The translations under genes and the position numbers were made by a program. Shown here piece after piece: positions 17,857-24,497 of a DNA stretch of 64,000 bases (position 1 is its first letter; the number at the start of each line of letters is the position of its first letter). This DNA is from Caldisericia bacterium (GTDB lineage: Bacteria > Caldisericota > Caldisericia > UBA6126): NCBI GenBank assembly GCA_035363255.1, contig DAOSES010000006.1, positions 25,544 to 89,543 of the forward strand, in the 5' to 3' direction. Below the pieces are notes generated by a model that had not been told where the DNA came from, searched no databases, and saw only the letters and a list, made by a program, of their open reading frames with translations.

Positions 17857-20768
17857 ACAAAATCCTCCAGGTCCTTTTGATTGAGACTATTTCTTTCTTC
17901 CAGCTCCTTCAATGCACTTTGATACGAAACCGGGCTTTGGGCATAGGTCGAAAAAGCTTGAAGCTGAGTGTTCATTTCATCCTCCGTAGCACCTTTTCGC
18001 CAGGCATGGCTCAAAGATAGTTGCTCGCAGAGGGCAGCCACCTTGGGGTCATAAATAATGGGCAAAATCGGCTTGCTCAGGCGGGAGAGAAAAACCAGAA
18101 AATGCAAACGCATCCCCACGCCAAAGCTGGCTCGAGACAAAAGAGAAAACATCTCTTCTGGCAAAAGGAAGGTATCTACCAGGTAGGCAGGCTGTTTCAT
18201 CAGCTCCATGACCTTGCGGGAAAAACGACTGTCGTAGGTGCCATAAAAGGGCGTAAAAACACAGGGTTTTCCGCTCAGTTGGCTCAATTCGTCCAGACAA
18301 CGTGCAAAAGTTTCTATTTTGCTGGAAGTTTCCCGGCTGGGTCCCAGCGACACGGCAATAAAGTCCTGATAGGCGGGATAGGGATCCTGCACTTTCTGTG
18401 CCTGGTATGAAAAAATAGGATCCACCGTGAGTTGGCTTTTGCGAATTCCCCAGGAATGTAATAGATCTTGAGAATGCTGATCTCGCACGCTGATTTTGCT
18501 GGCTCGTGCCAGGATTAGTTTGGATAAACCACGATTTAAAGGCGAATGCAGGGGGCCAATCCCATTAGCATATACAAAAACACGCTTGCCCATCAGACGG
18601 GATAAAGCGATGATTCCAAGATAATACCAGGGGCTTTTGAGACTCGTCACATCCTGGATCAGACCTCCCCCGCCACTGATAATGCCATCTGCCCGAGAGA
18701 GCTCCTTCCAAAGAGAGCCCAGGGCAAAACGCTGGCTGGAATAGACTTCGGCAAGGGTGGTGGTCATGTGGGGGTTGATCGAAAGCACTGAGATTTGAAA
18801 GGTTTCGGCATGGGACAAGGAGTGCAAGTCTTTGATCAGGGTTTGAAGGATAGTTTCGTCGCCGATGTTTCCATAGCCATAATAGCCCGATATCAAGATC
18901 CTACGAAGGGGTGAACGAAGAGCTTTTTTCATCCTCAGCAAGTCGGGCACTGTTTTCAGAAAACGACGCAAGCGAAGGCGAGGTTGGCTCAGAATGCGGT
19001 AGAGCCATTCGAGGTTGAGCTTCAAAGCCCATCCTGGGGCGCGCTTCATTTGACCCGCCCACAAGTCGAGACTTCCGCCCACTCCCATAGCCACTTTCAC
19101 TTTTAAGCTTTGTTTGTGGCGATGGATCAAGCAATCTTGCTTGCCAGCTCCCATGCCTACCAGAAGGAGGTCGGCTTTGCTGGCGTTGATGCTTTGGATG
19201 ATCCCCGATTCTTCAGCTTCATCAAAGAAACCATGATGCGTTCCGGCAATAAGCAGGCGAGGGAAGCGTTCTAATAGGTTTTTTCTTAGCAAGTCGAGGC
19301 TGGCTTCACTGGTGCCCAGAAAAAAGATCTTCCACTGCTGAATTTCAGCACGCTTTAAAAGCTCTTCTCCCAGCTCTACTCCAGCAACCTTTTCGCTGAT
19401 GTATTCCCCCATCCATCGGGCAAGCTTCAAAATGCTTATTCCATCAGGCACCACCAAGTCAGCTTCCTCGATGCTTTGCCTGAAAGAGGCTTCTTTCTGA
19501 GCACGAGAGATCATCTCCAGATTGATAGTGATGATTTGATGACAGCTTTGACCCTGCATCCATTGGTCAATTCGGGGCAAAAGGTCTTTCATGGAAAGAT
19601 TATCCACTGGAAGACCCTTCATAAATATGCGATCTTTTTTAAGTTTTCGATACAAAAGGGCAGTTTTTTCCACCATGCGATCCTGGGTAAAAAAGCGACG
19701 CACCATTTGCGCTCCATTTTCGGCTAGAGCTTTGCGTTGATCAGGATTTTGGCTCAGAGCTATGATCGCCTTAACCAGCTCCTCCTGTTGGGAAAGAATG
19801 CGTCCGTTGTAGCGGTCCAGCAAGAGCTCCTGGATGCCTCCCACTTTTTTTGAAACCACCACCCGTTTGGCATTCATACATTCGAGCAGAGCTATTCCGA
19901 GAGCCTCCGATTTGGGCGAAAACAGCATCAAGTCGCAGGCAAAGATATAGGGGCGAGGATTTTTTTGAAAACCCACCCAGCGCAGGTGATCGGCTATGCC
20001 AAGGTCTTGAGCAAGCTTTTTCAAACTGGTTTCCTCTTGGCCTCCTCCAATAATCAGCAGGTATAAAGCTTGCTTGGATTGCTTCAAGCAGGCAGAGAAA
20101 ATTCGTAGCATTTCGTCGTAGCCCTTCACCTTGACCAAACGCCCCAAAGAGCCAAGCACAAAGGCATCCTGAGGGAGCTTCCACTCCTTGCGAATCGTTT
20201 CTCGAGAAGCCTTTTCGTAGGCTTCATCCGGGGCAAGAAAGTCCACCCCATTTTTGATGATAGTGATTTTGTCGCGATCAATGCCACGACGTTCCAATTG
20301 GGTGGCTATTTCATACGAAACCGCAATAAAATGATTGCTTCGGTGCAGGCTCAACTGGTCGATCAGGGTAAAGAGGAGCCCCACCAGGATATTTTGATAG
20401 TCATAAAAGGGATGACTATGATAGGTGGTGATCAAAGGCAGAGAGGAACGGTAAAAAGCCAGACGACCATACATATTGGCTTTCAAGCCATGGGTGTGGA
20501 TAATGTCGAGACGATGTTCTCCGGCCCAGGCATGGATGGCCTTGAATATGCGAGGGTCGGCTTTAGACCTCAGAGGATAAGCAGTAAAATGCACCCCTTC
20601 AAGCTTTTCGACCGAGTGGGACAGCGCACCTTCGCCCAAAGAAAAAAAGTAGCAAGCAATGCCTTGATCCGCCAAGCGTGAAAGGAGGGCCAAAATATGC
20701 GTCCGAGCTCCTCCAGCATCGCCACCATCTGCAACAAAGCCAATTCGTCTTACCACTCGTTCATTCAT
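17841..20768 (-). CDS. Tri-domain cell-wall glycan enzyme: GT4 glycosyltransferase, WecB/TagA/CpsF (GT26) glycosyltransferase, and polysaccharide pyruvyl transferase (CsaB-like).
   Basis: An N-terminal segment of about 390 aa with GT-B fold motifs. The middle has VVPDGISILKLARWMG...VGMGAGKQD (WecB/TagA family). The C-terminus has ISGYYGYGNIGDE...MRLHFLVF (PS_pyruv_trans). Start is ATG 20766-20768 (975 aa) or GTG 20786 (981 aa). Confidence 0.75.
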   Translation of the reverse strand: MNERVVRRIGFVADGGDAGGARTHILALLSRLADQGIACYFFSLGEGALSHSVEKLEGVHFTAYPLRSKADPRIFKAIHAWAGEHRLDIIHTHGLKANMYGRLAFYRSSLPLITTYHSHPFYDYQNILVGLLFTLIDQLSLHRSNHFIAVSYEIATQLERRGIDRDKITIIKNGVDFLAPDEAYEKASRETIRKEWKLPQDAFVLGSLGRLVKVKGYDEMLRIFSACLKQSKQALYLLIIGGGQEETSLKKLAQDLGIADHLRWVGFQKNPRPYIFACDLMLFSPKSEALGIALLECMNAKRVVVSKKVGGIQELLLDRYNGRILSQQEELVKAIIALSQNPDQRKALAENGAQMVRRFFTQDRMVEKTALLYRKLKKDRIFMKGLPVDNLSMKDLLPRIDQWMQGQSCHQIITINLEMISRAQKEASFRQSIEEADLVVPDGISILKLARWMGEYISEKVAGVELGEELLKRAEIQQWKIFFLGTSEASLDLLRKNLLERFPRLLIAGTHHGFFDEAEESGIIQSINASKADLLLVGMGAGKQDCLIHRHKQSLKVKVAMGVGGSLDLWAGQMKRAPGWALKLNLEWLYRILSQPRLRLRRFLKTVPDLLRMKKALRSPLRRILISGYYGYGNIGDETILQTLIKDLHSLSHAETFQISVLSINPHMTTTLAEVYSSQRFALGSLWKELSRADGIISGGGGLIQDVTSLKSPWYYLGIIALSRLMGKRVFVYANGIGPLHSPLNRGLSKLILARASKISVRDQHSQDLLHSWGIRKSQLTVDPIFSYQAQKVQDPYPAYQDFIAVSLGPSRETSSKIETFARCLDELSQLSGKPCVFTPFYGTYDSRFSRKVMELMKQPAYLVDTFLLPEEMFSLLSRASFGVGMRLHFLVFLSRLSKPILPIIYDPKVAALCEQLSLSHAWRKGATEDEMNTQLQAFSTYAQSPVSYQSALKELEERNSLNQKDLEDFVCSLK

Positions 20769-20840
20769 ACCCCAAAAGTATAGCACAGCATAGCGTAAAA
20801 AAGCACAAACAAACTATTGTTATAGATACATTGATTCATA

Positions 20841-21206
20841 GGGACGGGGGTGTTGACTCAATGACACCAATGACGTTAAACACTCTTGAATACAGCATAA
20901 AGAACAAAAGCAAAGATACTCGCAAGCACCGAAAATCTATAATTTTACGATAGGTATGTTTTGAAGCAATAGCCAGTAAAGCTTTATGAATAAAGAAATT
21001 ATATGTGATATGACAGTTTTTGAGAAAACTTAAAAAAATAAAAACTTATAAAAAGCACCATAAAGATTGATTAAAAGTGATTCTGTGGTTTACCTACACA
21101 ATTATCCCTGCTTTACTTACTTGGTCCCAGAAAAGATTAAAAACCTTACTATGACTATATTTAAATGAGTGAAAAGTGAGTCAACACCCCCGTCCCTCTG
21201 ACTCAA
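20841..21206. mobile_element. MITE-like non-autonomous element, copy A (about 366 bp). It has perfect 20-bp terminal inverted repeats (GGGACGGGGGTGTTGACTCA), an AT-rich interior and no ORF.
   Basis: Left TIR 20841-20860. Right TIR 21177-21196 is the exact reverse complement, followed by a conserved tctgactcaa that closes a 7-bp hairpin (tgagtca/tgactca). Confidence 0.8.
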
Positions 21207-21250
21207 TTTATAATCAAACAGGCAGAGCTCCTCGCAGATGAGCTGAATGA

Positions 21251-21278
21251 TTGAAGATTACTAAATACGACCTATAAT
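21251..21278 (+). promoter_or_regulatory. Near-consensus sigma-70-type promoter (TTGAAG-16-TATAAT) for the wHTH regulator gene, about 45 nt downstream of MITE copy A.
   Basis: -35 TTGAAG at 21251-21256; -10 TATAAT at 21273-21278. RBS GGAGG at 21300-21304; ATG at 21310. Confidence 0.6.
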
Positions 21279-21309
21279 ATATATCATATGAACTATGATG
21301 GAGGTCAAT

Positions 21310-21636
21310 ATGCTGGCAAAACTCCTTGGAGGGGAAACAGCAGAGAAGGTTTTAATCTACATGACGGTGTATGAAGAAGGATACGCAAGACAAATAAGCC
21401 GTCTTTTTGGTGTTGCCTTCGACCCTGTCAATAAACAGCTGAAAAAGTTGGAAGATGCTGGGATTTTGGTGGGTATAATGAAAGGGCGCACCAAGATGTT
21501 TTCCTGGAATCCACGATATCCCTTTTTAGCGGAGTTGAAGGCTTTATTTAAAAAAGCCTATGAATATCTTCCAGAAGAGGATAAAGAAAAGTATTACCGA
21601 CAAAGGACTCGCCCAAGAAAAAGCGACAAAAGGTAA
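21310..21636 (+). CDS. Small winged-helix (MarR/ArsR/PadR-like) DNA-binding regulator with a basic C-terminal tail.
   Basis: AEKVLIYMTVYEEGYARQISRLFGVAFDPVNKQLKKLEDAGIL is a wHTH pattern. Strong RBS 5 nt upstream of ATG 21310. The ORF-track start at 21295 is less likely. Confidence 0.6.
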   Translation: MLAKLLGGETAEKVLIYMTVYEEGYARQISRLFGVAFDPVNKQLKKLEDAGILVGIMKGRTKMFSWNPRYPFLAELKALFKKAYEYLPEEDKEKYYRQRTRPRKSDKR

Positions 21637-21821
21637 TGTGTCCACAGTCCTTAGAACAGGCTATTTTGGTTAGCCTGAATCATGCCATTTCCTATCAAGT
21701 GGTTCATGAATGGGCTATCGAGGAAAGATCAGAAGACAAGTACGATGAGTATTTAAGACAACTAAAACAAAGAAGGAGAGCTATATGCCAAAAATACTCA
21801 AGTTTCGCCATAAGCTTCTAG
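21636..21821 (+). CDS. 61-aa hypothetical protein translationally coupled to the regulator (TAATG overlap).
   Basis: Its ATG overlaps the regulator's stop. Its 3' end overlaps the start of the next gene. No known family. Confidence 0.35.
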   Translation: MCPQSLEQAILVSLNHAISYQVVHEWAIEERSEDKYDEYLRQLKQRRRAICQKYSSFAISF

Positions 21822-22621
21822 TCCTTGCTTTGACAGGATTAGTTTTTTTGTTGAGCTTCTTTTTTTTCACTCGCTCAAACAATTCTTCTCCAGATGAAAT
21901 CATATTTCCCACAGGGTATATTCGAGCCGAAAACCATGCAGATTATGGATCTTATCTAATGTTTATTGAACACCCCGATTTTAACTATATTGCTGGGCAT
22001 CCAAATCCCATGTTCCCCCAGGAAGTAAACGCTTACCTTGAAAAAATGCATCAACTGATGCCATTGTTTAATCAATACTCGCTTAAAAAACAAGGTAGAG
22101 TATTTCCAGTGGTCTCCGAGGGAAAAGAAATGATCCTTGTGGCGTATTATGAGCCATTTGATGCAAGCTTAACCTTAGTTGATACTTCCCTCAAGGTATT
22201 GGATACCAAGCAAATCTATGAACCCCATTTTCAATACTTTGTTAGTGCAAACTTTCGAGATAGGCTTTGGATTAAAGGTGCTGATGGGGGAAACCAAGCT
22301 TACTTTGAAATGGTTGAGATTAGGATTTTAAACAATAAAATCGTTCCCCGTAAAATCAGTTGGGGGGATCGGTATTTTGAGGATACCTACAAAATCATCC
22401 ATCCTTCTACTAATCCTGAGATGAGGATACACCAAAGAAAAGAAGATTTTGGGTATTATCGTTATTGGTTTTTCATGATAATATTCACTTTCCCAATTTA
22501 TATCATTGCTTTTTTTAATGCATATCGAGTCCTTGTTTTGTCTATTTTGTTAGCTCTGGCTTTGTTTATACTTTGGAAGCTATTTATCAAAGACAGACTC
22601 GGTAAGCGGAAGAAAGAATAA
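21785..22621 (+). CDS. Hypothetical bitopic or polytopic membrane protein: N-terminal TM, extracytoplasmic domain of about 200 aa, two C-terminal TM helices.
   Basis: Hydrophobic LLVLALTGLVFLLSFFFF at the N-terminus and FFMIIFTFPIYIIAFF...LVLSILLALALFILW at the C-terminus. Confidence 0.55.
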   Translation: MPKILKFRHKLLVLALTGLVFLLSFFFFTRSNNSSPDEIIFPTGYIRAENHADYGSYLMFIEHPDFNYIAGHPNPMFPQEVNAYLEKMHQLMPLFNQYSLKKQGRVFPVVSEGKEMILVAYYEPFDASLTLVDTSLKVLDTKQIYEPHFQYFVSANFRDRLWIKGADGGNQAYFEMVEIRILNNKIVPRKISWGDRYFEDTYKIIHPSTNPEMRIHQRKEDFGYYRYWFFMIIFTFPIYIIAFFNAYRVLVLSILLALALFILWKLFIKDRLGKRKKE

Positions 22622-22624
22622 AAA

Positions 22625-22647
22625 AGAGGGAGCCTTTAAGCCCCCTC
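22625..22647 (-). terminator. Rho-independent terminator downstream of the PQQ-propeller gene (minus strand); it is also placed after the plus-strand membrane-protein gene.
   Basis: Minus strand reads gaggg-ggcttaaaggct-ccctc followed by TTTTT. Confidence 0.5.
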
Positions 22648-22675
22648 AGAAGGTGAAACGGTAATTTAAGTTTAC

Positions 22676-23917
22676 TTATTTAAGCAACTTGATTGCATAG
22701 ATCTGATCCTCGGTGCTAAAACAAACCAAGTTTTGATCAACAGCAATTGAAGTAATTTCACCAAGAGCATTATATTTCCATAGTGTTTTTCCAGATTTCG
22801 CCTCAAGACAATAGAGGGAATCTTCAGTGTTGAAAAAAACATGGTCGTTATTAGCGCTGAGATTAAAAATGATCTCATCAAAAGTTTGTTCCCATTGCTT
22901 CTTGCCATTTTGTGGATCCACTGCGAAAAGCTTAGCTTTTATCTCCTTGGTCGAGGAGCTCAATATATCATAAGTGCTTATCAAAACGTGATTGCCAGAT
23001 AATATGGGTCCGTGGTTCGATGTTCCCGTAGCTGTGAATTCCCATAGCTTTTTTTGGTTAGCCAGATTCAAGGCCAGTAAAGTAGTTTCAACTTTTTTTT
23101 CCTCGATAGAGGCATTCTGGGGCGTATTCGGATTAATTGCTCGAGAAAAGGAGTAAAAGGCTGTTTTGTTGTGGATGAGGGGGTGGCTCCAAATGTGTTG
23201 ATCTTCTTGTTCGGAAGGTGTCTCATTATGGAACCTGACTTTCTGACCTGTAGCAGTATCAAGAGCAATAAGCGAATCAAAGCTTTCATTGTTGAGGTAT
23301 AAGTTGCCTTCATCGAAACCTAAGCCATCAATCAAAAAAGGAAAATCCTGGGTATGAATATGATTTTTTAAGTCCAAACTCCATAGTTTTGACCCATTGC
23401 TAATATCAATGGCATGAATAACCCCATTGTCACTGGCATAATAGAGAGTATTCTGATCGATCAGGGGAACGCATGTAAACTTAGATGATGATGCGGCAGG
23501 ATATTTCCATAATAGTTTTCCTGAGGTTGAATCTAAAGCATATAAATAAGCATCACTGCATGCAAAATATACAACTTTGTCCGAAACAGCAGTGCTTGCA
23601 TTTATATAGTCAAACTTACCTGAAAAGCGCATCGCAAAACCCTCGGATTTGTAGTCCCAAAGAAGGCTTCCCTTTGTTTTGTCAATCGCGCTAAAAGTAC
23701 CATCTTGAGTGGACAAAAAGAGATTGTCTTTGCCAAGAACGAGCATGTTGTTGTGTCTTATGGGAAGATCTATCTTCGAAAATACCCACAGAATCGAAGG
23801 TAGATATGGTGTTTTTTCATACATGCTCAAGTTTGGGTCAATTGGTGATTCAATCTTTTTTGCGCATCCAACAGGTATCAGAAGGATTACCAGTAAGGAC
23901 AAAAGAACTGTTTTCAT
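22676..23917 (-). CDS. PQQ-like beta-propeller repeat lipoprotein (BamB-like fold).
   Basis: Signal peptide plus lipobox MKTVLLSLLVILLIPVGC. Repeated PQQ-type motifs (AIDKTKGSLLWDY; YALDSTSGKLLWKY; HAIDISNGSKLWS; ALDTATGQKV). Confidence 0.75.
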   Translation of the reverse strand: MKTVLLSLLVILLIPVGCAKKIESPIDPNLSMYEKTPYLPSILWVFSKIDLPIRHNNMLVLGKDNLFLSTQDGTFSAIDKTKGSLLWDYKSEGFAMRFSGKFDYINASTAVSDKVVYFACSDAYLYALDSTSGKLLWKYPAASSSKFTCVPLIDQNTLYYASDNGVIHAIDISNGSKLWSLDLKNHIHTQDFPFLIDGLGFDEGNLYLNNESFDSLIALDTATGQKVRFHNETPSEQEDQHIWSHPLIHNKTAFYSFSRAINPNTPQNASIEEKKVETTLLALNLANQKKLWEFTATGTSNHGPILSGNHVLISTYDILSSSTKEIKAKLFAVDPQNGKKQWEQTFDEIIFNLSANNDHVFFNTEDSLYCLEAKSGKTLWKYNALGEITSIAVDQNLVCFSTEDQIYAIKLLK

Positions 23918-24072
23918 TTTTTTGTTACCATCTTTAGATAGCTCCAGCATTCCCACACCCCCAACCTTCCTCCTTATTGTTTGCATTTATTTTATTACTT
24001 CTTTTACTTGATACAAGCTTTAGAGTGTACGATAATCCAAGGATGAATGTAAGAAATTTTATCTGATACACA

Positions 24073-24440
24073 GGGACGGGGGTGTTGACTCAATGATACC
24101 AATGGCATTAAACTCTCATGAATACTCCATAAAGAACAAAAGCTAAAATACTCGCAAGCACCGAAAATCTATAATTTTAAGATAGGCATGTTTCGAAGCA
24201 ATAGCTAATAAAGCTCCATGAATAAAGATAATACACGTGATATGACTGTTTTTGAAAAAACATAGAAAAAATAAATAATTATAAAAAAGTACAACAAAAC
24301 CACTTGAGAACTAATTCTGCGGTGCACTGAAATATTTGCCTAGCTTTAAGTTATTAAATCCATGAGAAGATTAAAAGCCTTACTATGACTATATTTGATT
24401 GAGTGAAAAGTGAGTCAACACCCCCGTCCCTCTGACTCAA
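24073..24440. mobile_element. MITE-like element, copy B (about 368 bp). Same orientation and the same perfect 20-bp TIRs as copy A; the interior has diverged.
   Basis: Left TIR 24073-24092; right TIR 24411-24430 plus tctgactcaa. The first 200 bp or so are about 85 % identical to copy A; the centre is divergent. Confidence 0.8.
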
Positions 24441-24463
24441 GGTAAAGTAAGACATTTATTTCC

Positions 24464-24491
24464 TTGATAAGCATGTGATGTAGCATACAAT
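24464..24491 (+). promoter_or_regulatory. Sigma-70-type promoter (TTGATA-16-TACAAT) for the LamG-domain gene, about 25 nt downstream of MITE copy B.
   Basis: -35 at 24464-24469; -10 at 24486-24491; ATG at 24498. Confidence 0.55.
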
Positions 24492-24497
24492 ATAGTC

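Noticed and set aside
20678-20953. 91-aa plus-strand ORF running from the glycosyltransferase 5' region into MITE copy A.
   Set aside because: Overlaps the real minus-strand gene start and continues through the TIR into AT-rich repeat DNA. No RBS. The duplicated element interior gives no ORF in copy B.
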